Source: a virus (Duplodnaviria; Caudoviricetes). From it: a stretch of DNA of 64,000 bases. The stretch spans positions 1-64,000 of the IMG/VR virus record IMGVR_UViG_3300037067_027616, one strand, 5' to 3'. Below, piece by piece: positions 56,097 through 64,000 of the stretch. Within the stretch, counting starts at the first letter, position 1, and every line of letters begins with the position of its first letter. Both the position numbers and the translations under genes were made by a program. A model generated the notes under the pieces. It did not search any database and was not told the DNA's origin. It saw only the letters and a list, made by a program, of their open reading frames with translations.

Positions 56097-56324
56097 CCGG
56101 AATCCCCTGTCTAATAACCAATGTCACGCGCGCACCTCTGGAGCCGCATCCTGGCATTCCTTCTTGTCCCCACAGTACCGCACATTGATGAACATGGTGC
56201 CTGGAGGTGACCCGTGGATCTCCGATACGTCCTTCTTCAAAACCTTTATCACCGTGGTTGGTCGGAGTTCCCCACATACCATACATACGACCTGACCATC
56301 GCTTTTGTCCGGCATACCCACCCC

Positions 56325-57071
56325 TCAAAACGTCAATGGCTGAGACGGCTTTCCCGTACCCAACGCCTGGGACGTGGACGACACGCTCTTGCTGATGAAG
56401 TCCGCCAACTTCGCCAACCTCGTAGGAGTTGCCGCACCCATCTCCACGAATTGGTCAATGCCGGAGTCAACCTGAAACTTGTTGAGGAGATCCATTACCC
56501 CAGGTTCGGTCCCTACGCCGATAAGCACACTCCGGAAAGACTCGAGCGTTTCGTCCGTGAGTATGCGTTTGATGGCATCTTTGATGACAGTCGGAGACTT
56601 CACCATATGAGAATCGTTCTCCCCGCCATCGGTTATGACAAACATGATAGCGTTGCAGGGAAAGTCCTTGTCGACCAAAGTCTTTCCATACCTCTCCGTA
56701 GACTCTACTGCATCCGCCGTGGCATCATACAAAGCAGTCATACCCCGTGGCTTGAGGATATCATCGTATTCCTTGGGGTCGATGTTGCGCAACTCCCGGA
56801 AACCATGCAACTCCTCAATGTTGCTATTGAACTCCACCAAGCGCAGGAGAAGGTTCTCGGATCGCGGGGACTTCTTGCAGGCCTCGAGTATCTGTTTCAA
56901 GGCCTTCTCCATGTCGTTTTTGTAGGGACCGACCGATGTGGACGTGTCCTGCACGATGGTGACGATGGTGTACTCCGATGCTCCAAGGCTGTTGATGTCA
57001 ACGGCGCTGAATTGGAAGTTGTGTACCGTGTTGTGCGTCTGCATTGGATTCTTGTCGAGAAGCTTCGGCAT
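56325..57071 (-). CDS. vWA domain protein (TerY/YegL-like)
   Basis: MIDAS DTSTS, VEFN, GMTALYDA, FVITDGGEN, LIGVG, SKSVSSTSQ. Confidence 0.9.
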   Translation of the reverse strand: MPKLLDKNPMQTHNTVHNFQFSAVDINSLGASEYTIVTIVQDTSTSVGPYKNDMEKALKQILEACKKSPRSENLLLRLVEFNSNIEELHGFRELRNIDPKEYDDILKPRGMTALYDATADAVESTERYGKTLVDKDFPCNAIMFVITDGGENDSHMVKSPTVIKDAIKRILTDETLESFRSVLIGVGTEPGVMDLLNKFQVDSGIDQFVEMGAATPTRLAKLADFISKSVSSTSQALGTGKPSQPLTF

Positions 57072-57130
57072 ATTGCCCTCTCATTCTGTTTGTGTTTTCT
57101 AACTTTGGGTAAAACGCTTTGTATCCACAA

Positions 57131-57499
57131 CTACCAACTTGATTTGAATGGCATGATAGGTATAGGGGAGTCGTCCCCTGAGTCCTGTGAAACACCACGT
57201 TGTGGTATGGCACACATTTGAAATTCACCGTTGTAATACGCCAAAAGGAACTCTCTCATTGAAAGGGTGTCGTTAATAACCGCCACCGTCATATTAGCGT
57301 TGCCAACTTTGATGTTCCTCCACCCCACAAGGTTGATTCGCTTTCTCTCCTCTGCTTGGGCCGCTCGTAGCTCTGATAAACGGAAAGAACCAAAAATGAA
57401 ACCGGAAGCCACCGCTAACATAGCTATTAAGCACAACGTGGCAAATCCACTTTTGGTTCTGTGCGGGTCAATGATGAAACTTTTGAGACATTCAAACAT
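57131..57499 (-). CDS. Membrane-anchored hypothetical protein
   Basis: One TM segment; C-terminal VINDT..REFL resembles 17125-17388. Confidence 0.55.
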   Translation of the reverse strand: MFECLKSFIIDPHRTKSGFATLCLIAMLAVASGFIFGSFRLSELRAAQAEERKRINLVGWRNIKVGNANMTVAVINDTLSMREFLLAYYNGEFQMCAIPQRGVSQDSGDDSPIPIMPFKSSW

Positions 57500-57509
57500 A
57501 GTAAACCCC

Positions 57510-58238
57510 TTACGCCATTGATTTCCAACCGTCCTTCAACATATCCGGACGGTGCTTGCGGCCCCATTCAAGCACGGAGGCATATTTTCGAGCCAATGCA
57601 GGCTTTCCCCCGGCCATCTGTTTGGGGTCATAGGCCATGTCGGCGCCCAAAGCAATACGCACGTATTCCTTGTAACTCGATTCAAGTTTGTCTTGAAGGA
57701 ACCCCGTGATCTTGGCCACCCGTACATCGTAACCTTCTTTTCGGAGATCCTCTTTCAACACGCTGTTGACGTATCCGGTACATATCTCCACTCTGTGAAC
57801 TTCAGGAGAAGCCGAAAAATCATCCTTCATGACTTCCCTGGCTACCCTGGAATACTCGTACAGATACTTTCCCGTGTCAAACACGCCTTTCTTGAACCAC
57901 CGTACATCAACTACGGCGGTCATCATGTTCTGACCATCTGACACGCCAACCATGACTCCGCATAACGGGAAGCCCCACCCTGTATCATCAAGCTGCAGTA
58001 CTTTAAGGCGTGTATCAGGTTTCTTAAATGTTCCATCTGCAAGGGACATTAGAAGATGCTCATCGGGTGTGACCACCGCTCCTGAAGTATATATTTTGAC
58101 ATTCCAAGACGTAGGCACCAAACCCCCGGCGCCTTTGTAAGACACCTTGAGGTACTTGTTGTTTTCGGTGCGCGGCAGAAGGATCCCTTTTGTGCTAAGA
58201 TCCTTCAAAGCCGCTTCCATGTTCGCTGTAGAATTCAT
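57510..58238 (-). CDS. Putative RNase HII/HIII-like nuclease
   Basis: LQLDDTGWGFPLCGVMVG resembles the IDE.G.G motif; N-terminal VKIYTSG.VV as in RNase HIII; start 58238 by ATGA overlap. Confidence 0.5.
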   Translation of the reverse strand: MNSTANMEAALKDLSTKGILLPRTENNKYLKVSYKGAGGLVPTSWNVKIYTSGAVVTPDEHLLMSLADGTFKKPDTRLKVLQLDDTGWGFPLCGVMVGVSDGQNMMTAVVDVRWFKKGVFDTGKYLYEYSRVAREVMKDDFSASPEVHRVEICTGYVNSVLKEDLRKEGYDVRVAKITGFLQDKLESSYKEYVRIALGADMAYDPKQMAGGKPALARKYASVLEWGRKHRPDMLKDGWKSMA

Positions 58239-59167
58239 GCCGTTGCTTTCTGTCCCCATTGATGAATCATAAGCATGTTCAAGCATTTCTCTGCTGCCCA
58301 AACCTTGTTTTTGAATTCGGAAGACCACAGCGTGTGTAGCACAAATCCTCTCGATTCCAAAGCTTCTCTTTTTAGCATCTCTTTGTAACGCGCCTCCCCT
58401 GCTGTGAGGTATGGGTGGAAAACGCACCACCCAATATCTGTGTCAATCATCTCGGGACACGGGTGAAACTTTTCTCCGTTGAACTCCAAAGCTTGTTTCA
58501 AAGAAGTTACAACGAAGTCATATTTGTAATGCTCCCCCTTGTAAGTCATCACGAACTCGTGATTCAATTCAGCAAAATAAGTGTGACTACGGTGTTCTTC
58601 TGGAAGCAGGCGGTACACCCTCCAAAACAAATCTTGACTTTGCTTGGAAGCCGATCTGCTCAAATAGGCAAGGGACGGGACACCGTACACCTTGAGTAAC
58701 GTGGCTTTTAATGCTTCCCGTGCCGAAGGTATCTGCAGTGGGTACTCAACCCCGTATCTCTCAAGCAGACTTATCTTGCTCTTTTCCTTACCTTGACTTG
58801 ACGTCAAATAGAATCGGGACCCATATCTACCAAGGCAGGTCTTCTCACATTTGTTTTTTGTTTCTTGAAGGGAAGAAACCGAGGACACCCCATACCGATC
58901 TTGAACCGTGCGCGTACGTTTTGTTTTGAACTCGACTGTTTGTGTGGCCCTTAATCCACCGTGGCGAATTCTGTCTGTGATCTCAGCTTTTATGCGACCG
59001 CACGACACACACCCCTTACCTGCCCGAAAATTCCTCAAGGTAGTTGTTCTCTCGTTACCGCAGGAGCATATGTACTTCATAGGGAGGTTATACCCTCTAT
59101 ACTCAACATCGAGCAGGGTGCACCCCCTCTCAAAGAACATATTGCGGACAACTTCCGTAGAGAACAT
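58235..59167 (-). CDS. Free-standing (homing-type) endonuclease, PD-(D/E)XK/DUF559-like, with Zn-finger and RYG repeats
   Basis: GCTLL..EY...MKYICSCG...GCVSC; repeated T...RYGV units; YKYDF...ALEFNG..FH; KRE...RGF...LW.SE. Confidence 0.8.
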   Translation of the reverse strand: MFSTEVVRNMFFERGCTLLDVEYRGYNLPMKYICSCGNERTTTLRNFRAGKGCVSCGRIKAEITDRIRHGGLRATQTVEFKTKRTRTVQDRYGVSSVSSLQETKNKCEKTCLGRYGSRFYLTSSQGKEKSKISLLERYGVEYPLQIPSAREALKATLLKVYGVPSLAYLSRSASKQSQDLFWRVYRLLPEEHRSHTYFAELNHEFVMTYKGEHYKYDFVVTSLKQALEFNGEKFHPCPEMIDTDIGWCVFHPYLTAGEARYKEMLKREALESRGFVLHTLWSSEFKNKVWAAEKCLNMLMIHQWGQKATA

Positions 59168-59169
59168 AA

Positions 59170-59973
59170 CTACCTCAAAAATTTGTCGGTCGTGGTAACC
59201 TTCATGCCCCGATCGATCATCTCCTTCATGAACTCCTTCTCTTTGTCTTCAAACCCCGGAACAGGGGAACAAGCATCCTCAAGGTACACAAACTTGCTAA
59301 CGTTGTCGTTTCCAAAACTGTTGGCAATATCAGTCACCGTTGCCCTTACGCAATGGCTGCTTGCCTCACCACCGATGGCGATCATGTCCATTTCCTGCAT
59401 CAACTTGATGAGGTTCGTGTTGAGTCCCGTGCCCGGATCCTCAGGATCGTAGACGTCTGCTTGTACGGCCGAATAATGCTCCGTGAAAATGTTGCTGCCC
59501 TTCGTAACGTAGTTCACCGCCGCGAACTCCTGCTCCCACTCGCAGAAAGCATCAAACAACGGGGGGTAGATGGCGGCGCCAAAAGAACCTATGAGGCAGT
59601 GCGGGGGCCATATGCACAGTACGTAGCGACCATTGGCCTTCAGATTCTGTACGTACTCCACCGAACGTTGCTGGTAGCCCCGGTTGGTTGCATGCCATTT
59701 GGGGTTTGGACCAACAACATCATCAACATTGATGAGCGTGAACGGATTCGGGTGGTTTCCGTCCTTATCCTTCCACCAAATCGGGTGTGCCACGTGAAGG
59801 GTCCGGTGTTGATCCATTGTGCTCACGATTTCTTCCAGATCTCCTTTTACCCTCTTGATCATGGTAGCCAAACGCTCCATGTCTTTATCGGCGCCTTTGA
59901 CGCTCAACTTCCCGGCGGGGTCACAGAAATCCACTTGACCGTCTACCACAAGTAGCGCAACTTTCTTTCCCAT
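59170..59973 (-). CDS. pncA: Nicotinamidase/isochorismatase-family cysteine hydrolase
   Basis: LLVVDGQVDFC, D.H...H, WPPHC, TKG, EHYSA, GEASSHCV. Confidence 0.88.
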   Translation of the reverse strand: MGKKVALLVVDGQVDFCDPAGKLSVKGADKDMERLATMIKRVKGDLEEIVSTMDQHRTLHVAHPIWWKDKDGNHPNPFTLINVDDVVGPNPKWHATNRGYQQRSVEYVQNLKANGRYVLCIWPPHCLIGSFGAAIYPPLFDAFCEWEQEFAAVNYVTKGSNIFTEHYSAVQADVYDPEDPGTGLNTNLIKLMQEMDMIAIGGEASSHCVRATVTDIANSFGNDNVSKFVYLEDACSPVPGFEDKEKEFMKEMIDRGMKVTTTDKFLR

Positions 59974-59994
59974 GATTTGCTCCTATCTTTCGAG

Positions 59995-60600
59995 TTACTT
60001 TGTAAAGTTGTCGGATGCCTTCTTCGCGGCCTCCAGAGCCTGCATAGCCTTGTCGTAAGCCTCCCTGGTGTCCTTGGCGACCTTCTCCGCCTTGCTCAAC
60101 GGCGTGGACCCGTTGTCGTCCATCGTCACAATATTAGTGCTGTCAATGCTCCTTGGTGATAGATCCTTCTCGATGTCTTCAGACCACTTAACCATGACTT
60201 TGTTTAGGTACAATTTTGCAACCTTGACGACATCCTGTGGCAGTTCCATCAATTCCTTGTTCTGCGCAGCGGCATTGATGACCTTCGGTATCACGTAAAT
60301 GGCCACAGCCTGCTTGGTGTTTGGCAGAGCAATTTGAAATAACAGAGACACGCAAAACACCGGTATGAGTATCCTGCGCCACCACTTCCAAATTCCCACC
60401 CATCTTTTGCACCAAGCCTGTGTGCGTTGTAATGCTTCCCCGGGTTTGTCGGAATATAGGTGATCCGAACCGACTGCATAACCTATTCCATAAATAATCA
60501 ACCCAACAACCAAAAGCACAATGGAAAGAATCAGAAATACTTCCGATGCAGTTTTGAAGCTATCCAGCATGAAGAAAAAGTAAAGTATCCACCCACTCAT
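59995..60600 (-). CDS. Membrane protein
   Basis: Two TM segments; ATGA overlap with the macrodomain gene. Confidence 0.65.
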   Translation of the reverse strand: MSGWILYFFFMLDSFKTASEVFLILSIVLLVVGLIIYGIGYAVGSDHLYSDKPGEALQRTQAWCKRWVGIWKWWRRILIPVFCVSLLFQIALPNTKQAVAIYVIPKVINAAAQNKELMELPQDVVKVAKLYLNKVMVKWSEDIEKDLSPRSIDSTNIVTMDDNGSTPLSKAEKVAKDTREAYDKAMQALEAAKKASDNFTK

Positions 60601-61112
60601 GGCGTAACCCCCGTGTTAGTGTCGGCGGACTGGGTCTTCGTTTCCGGCCATTTGTCCGCTTCAGCCGGGAGTGTATAAACATATGTGTCCACCTTCATGG
60701 TAGCCATGATTATGGACTTGATTACCGGCCACTCTCCTCCAGCCAACCCCGCACCAATCCGGGGAACGGACACCGTGTAGCCTTTCTCAAGCGCGCGCTT
60801 CTGTACCTCATCGAGGCAGGTGTGCAGAGCTCCGTAGCGCAAAGGTATGCCTTCTTTGGAGGGTCGGATACCTTTCTGTGCGATCATGTTGGCCACGGTG
60901 ATGTCCGGCGACACGTCCACGAATTGGGTGTGACCCAACTGCATGTCGGCATTGGGCATAGCAAGGTAGTCCTGCTTGACTTGGGGATAGGTGTTTCCGA
61001 GAGGAATCACAAAGCCTGCGCCCCAAGCCCGAACCGTATTGCACACGTGGGCTATGATGGTAGGCTTTTTGACCGGCGCGGTGGCGTCCCCTATGACATG
61101 GTACAGTTGCAT
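60597..61112 (-). CDS. Macrodomain protein (ADP-ribose processing, Poa1p/TARG1-like)
   Basis: GDAT, IAHVCN..AWGAGF, VANMIAQ, PRIGAGLAGGEW. Confidence 0.92.
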   Translation of the reverse strand: MQLYHVIGDATAPVKKPTIIAHVCNTVRAWGAGFVIPLGNTYPQVKQDYLAMPNADMQLGHTQFVDVSPDITVANMIAQKGIRPSKEGIPLRYGALHTCLDEVQKRALEKGYTVSVPRIGAGLAGGEWPVIKSIIMATMKVDTYVYTLPAEADKWPETKTQSADTNTGVTP

Positions 61113-61180
61113 GCGGACCTCATCTGGATGTGAATATCAACCTGCTCACCAATAATATACTTTTTGCCGAACCGATTTCA

Positions 61181-61750
61181 TCATTCAAATTGGGCAACCG
61201 TGTACGTCTGCTTCGGGTGCACCTGCCAATCCGGGGCAAACGCCTTGCGCCCGATGTTGCCATCGACTATCTGCACGGACCCTTTCACCGATGGCCACGT
61301 CTTGAGGTAGTTGACCATGCGTTGGATAGCACACAGCCGCCCTTCGTATCGGTGAATGCTCTCGCCTTCATCGTTATCTTCCCAAGGGATGTCTTTGGCT
61401 TGATACCCCACATGCCATTCTTGTACCTCCGGGCGGTCTCCAGGAGTCATTAGAGAAACCAACCAACCATCACGCCCAGCCCAATCAGCAAGGGTGAAGA
61501 ACCTTCTCACTTCTTCCGGGTCGTTCGCATGAGGCCCGTAGATCACTACGTACGTGTACAGCTTGTGATGGGACTTTGGCTCTTCCTCACCCTCGTACGT
61601 GAACCCACAGCACGAGAATGCCGTCCGGAACCCTACGCGGTGCAACTCCAACACCAACGGCCGTATGGGGCGGTCGATGGAGTCCAGCACGGATCGTTTG
61701 TCCGCATCCTCATTGAGTCTGATGATGCCCTCGCCCAACTTCTTCGACAT
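61181..61750 (-). CDS. Hypothetical protein (D..I..LV..L...G..T..SC.G motif, TYW3-like)
   Basis: IDRPIRPLVLELHRVGFRTAFSCCG. Confidence 0.55.
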   Translation of the reverse strand: MSKKLGEGIIRLNEDADKRSVLDSIDRPIRPLVLELHRVGFRTAFSCCGFTYEGEEEPKSHHKLYTYVVIYGPHANDPEEVRRFFTLADWAGRDGWLVSLMTPGDRPEVQEWHVGYQAKDIPWEDNDEGESIHRYEGRLCAIQRMVNYLKTWPSVKGSVQIVDGNIGRKAFAPDWQVHPKQTYTVAQFE

Positions 61751-61944
61751 GTTCGTCAGTCCTTTTTTCCCCAAGTAGTAGCAGTATCATCACCAGGCAC
61801 GTCCAAAATGTCCATCCTAAGAAATGCACTTTGGATTCGGGCAGGCCGAGGATAACCCACAGGTAACCGTGCAACAAATCCTCCAATAAAGCCACTCCCA
61901 AGAGGAAATTTTTATTTAAAAGAGACCAATAGTCCACGCCGTCC

Positions 61945-62652
61945 TCACGCCTTGTCAAAAATGATGTCATTGTCGGACGTGAGCATCACCTTTACAGGTT
62001 TGTCACCCCAATTAACGGACTTCCTCGGTATGCTCACGCGGTAGTCCTTCGACACCACCACGCCAACGGTGACCGCATTGTGCGTTTTGATGTGGCTGAG
62101 ATCTGCCGGCTGACCCGGCTTCCACCCAAGTTTGCGGATCATCGGCCCAGGTATCTTGATCCGTTCCCGCGTCTTGATGACCTTGGACATTATGATGTCG
62201 GTGTCCAGAACATCGGCGATATCCGATTTGTCGACCTGTTGTGTCACCATGCTCCTCGGGACGCGCTTTATGGCCGGGCCGTATGAACTGTGGAAGGCGG
62301 CTTTTGCAAGCGTTTGAACTGCCTGCACAGGGGCCACCACTCCAGGGACCTTTTTCGATACGGGAACTTCAGCCTTCTGATTGCGTTCGACATAGTCATC
62401 GGGGTTGACACCGCACGGTAGATAGAGTGCCGCCGACTTCGAATCACCATCGACATTGATATAGGCACGGTCATATCCATCGAATACACCGTCACCGGAG
62501 GAGAACATCTCACGTATCTCCGCCGCGACGACTCGGTTCCTTTTCCATATGCCCGACTTCTTGATGTCATTGGCAACATCGACAGACGTGAACAGTTTCT
62601 TGGAATCAGTGAACCTCCCGATGACACACCTCACCTCGTTTGACACGGACAT
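61945..62652 (-). CDS. Putative DNA-binding protein with two C-terminal AbrB-like segments
   Basis: RIKIPGPMIRKLGWKPGQ and YRVSIPRKSVNWGDKPV. Confidence 0.55.
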   Translation of the reverse strand: MSVSNEVRCVIGRFTDSKKLFTSVDVANDIKKSGIWKRNRVVAAEIREMFSSGDGVFDGYDRAYINVDGDSKSAALYLPCGVNPDDYVERNQKAEVPVSKKVPGVVAPVQAVQTLAKAAFHSSYGPAIKRVPRSMVTQQVDKSDIADVLDTDIIMSKVIKTRERIKIPGPMIRKLGWKPGQPADLSHIKTHNAVTVGVVVSKDYRVSIPRKSVNWGDKPVKVMLTSDNDIIFDKA

Positions 62653-62698
62653 GTTAGCCCCCGATCCTTGTATAGGTTATCTTTTGCAGTTCATAGTG

Positions 62699-62727
62699 AA
62701 TATACTATTCTATAACGATTTTGTAAA
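62699..62727 (-). promoter_or_regulatory. sigma70-like promoter TTTACA-N17-TATATT
   Basis: Exact hexamers, 17-bp spacer; heads the 47-62.6 kb minus-strand block. Confidence 0.75.
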
Positions 62728-62737
62728 CAAGAAAATG

Positions 62738-63160
62738 TCACAGGAAAAGGGCATCGCTAGAACCCTTCTCCACGTACGATGGAACAATGTGAGGGGATTC
62801 CGGGCCATTCGGAAACATGACATAAAGGCACACGATGCCTTCTTTTATTTTGTTGAGGGTGACGGTCAAAAAAGGGGGTATCGAATCCACCGTGACGATG
62901 TCTTCCATGGGCATTTTGGCTTCTTCAAGACGCTCAAACAGTAATTTCTTGTCATTCGGTAATTCCTTCACGGCCTGCTCGTACAGCTCTTCCCTGCGCA
63001 CGAATATGTCCGTGTAGGTGTCAACGAACTTTTCACGTGTGATTGGCACGGCCTCAATTTTCATGCACAAATCGAGATACATGTCGTACATGCCCTGTTT
63101 GGACAGGTACTCGTCTATGAATTTCCGTGCGTCCAACGGATCCATTTCAGTACTTCCCAC
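62738..63160 (-). CDS. Hypothetical protein
   Basis: 140 aa, acidic, coupled run. Confidence 0.55.
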   Translation of the reverse strand: MGSTEMDPLDARKFIDEYLSKQGMYDMYLDLCMKIEAVPITREKFVDTYTDIFVRREELYEQAVKELPNDKKLLFERLEEAKMPMEDIVTVDSIPPFLTVTLNKIKEGIVCLYVMFPNGPESPHIVPSYVEKGSSDALFL

Positions 63161-63350
63161 GGCGCATCCACCCTCTTACGGCACCGATTTGCCTGGCCGT
63201 GTACCTGTGGTACCGTCGGCGCTGTATCTGTGCCGGTGTCCACCCCTTGTCTAAAAGCAGGCGGATCTTGTCTTTGTTCCCAAGGCTGATGGGTACGAGA
63301 TCCGTGTCCCGTTTGTCTGAAAACCTCGTAAGATAAATCGCGTTCAACAT
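63147..63350 (-). CDS. Small basic protein, possible HTH
   Basis: KIRLLLDKGWTPAQI...YTARQIGAV, similar to the C-terminus of the upstream gene. Confidence 0.5.
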   Translation of the reverse strand: MLNAIYLTRFSDKRDTDLVPISLGNKDKIRLLLDKGWTPAQIQRRRYHRYTARQIGAVRGWMRRGKY

Positions 63351-63967
63351 TGTTTCTTTCCTTTCTGTAATTTGATACTTCTCTCCTTCAATGTCTTCAC
63401 GAGTAAAGGCAATTTTCCTTCGCGTATCTGTTTGGCAACATCCATAATCTGCTTAAGACTGTACGCCGGGAACATCTCTGCTACCTTCTCCGATTTCTTC
63501 CCGCGTATGAGATGCCAGGCTATACGCGCCTTGTCCGCCGTGGTCAAACTTTTCCTGCGCGTGATCGGGTTGCGCAAAAGCACCATCTGCAACGTACTGG
63601 GCTGTAGCAAATGGATGTTCCCAAATATGAAATCCTTCTCCACCAAACGACTCTCCTGGCAGGATGTGTCTTTGTTGATACTGAAGATTCTTTTGTTCAA
63701 ATCCTGTTTCAAAAAACGGTTACCCTCTTTTACATCCTGCTGTATTTCATCCGCATTGTTACTGGCCTGTCTCACGAGTATGAGTGTCTTACGCAATGCA
63801 CGATTGAATGGGCGATCCTTGTAAATGTCCCTCAAATTGTTCCCGTTCTCGTCAATAACACCGTCTCTCCATCTGCTGTAATGAAAACTGCAAAACCCAT
63901 CCTGCATATGTTTGCGGGGGCATCCCACAACCACGCACCTCTTGTCTTGGTCATTCTTTTTAGACAT
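63344..63967 (-). CDS. Hypothetical protein with N-terminal Cys/His finger and C-terminal HTH-like region
   Basis: CVVVGC.....GFCSFHY; AAAGGAG RBS. Confidence 0.6.
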   Translation of the reverse strand: MSKKNDQDKRCVVVGCPRKHMQDGFCSFHYSRWRDGVIDENGNNLRDIYKDRPFNRALRKTLILVRQASNNADEIQQDVKEGNRFLKQDLNKRIFSINKDTSCQESRLVEKDFIFGNIHLLQPSTLQMVLLRNPITRRKSLTTADKARIAWHLIRGKKSEKVAEMFPAYSLKQIMDVAKQIREGKLPLLVKTLKERSIKLQKGKKQC

Positions 63968-64000
63968 ATCTAACGCTCCTTTTAGCTTCCGATGCACCCG

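Noticed and set aside
56214-57221. 335-aa plus-strand ORF (also 50617-51372 and 15267-15974)
   Set aside because: Antisense to well-supported minus-strand genes (vWA, DUF5662-like and others) and without motifs
58239-58430. Extended start of the 57510 ORF, suggesting an intron, intein or frameshift with the endonuclease
   Set aside because: An ATGA-coupled start at 58238 explains both genes; pncA and the downstream gene look complete, and no intein C/S...HN ends are seen
61154-61182. Further TATATT promoter upstream of the macrodomain gene
   Set aside because: The -10 is present but the -35 at 17-bp spacing (GATGAA) does not match, so it is left uncalled

Overview
This window is most consistent with part of a large (jumbo-type) bacteriophage genome. 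It is gene-dense, with Shine-Dalgarno sites, ATGA/TAATG gene overlaps, repeated sigma70-like promoters, many short orphan ORFs and no housekeeping operons. No capsid, portal, full terminase, polymerase or integrase gene is visible, so the phage call is an inference. Layout: (1) 1-5.5 kb, a translationally coupled cassette of five SAM methyltransferases and three glycosyltransferase-like genes, plus a methyltransferase/sulfotransferase pair at 12.4-13.8 kb; (2) a YeeB-like SF2 helicase divergent from an EEF1AKMT1-like methyltransferase and a DUF4037 gene; (3) minus-strand small early-type genes including a J-domain protein, GroES and an RNA ligase, interrupted by a plus-strand island encoding a ~1160-aa multi-module protein; (4) 31.4-45.5 kb, a fibre module with a 2561-aa and a 694-aa Thr-rich collagen-like protein, and LamG, Gly-rich and beta-helix-like proteins; (5) 47-64 kb, a minus-strand block with a YegI-like kinase, PP2C phosphatase, vWA (TerY-like) protein, nicotinamidase, macrodomain, an inserted endonuclease, and a candidate ubiquitin-like (beta-grasp) protein next to two paralogues sharing a Cys-containing domain. 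No tRNA, rRNA, CRISPR array or reverse transcriptase was found by eye. All family assignments come from motif recognition, not database searches.
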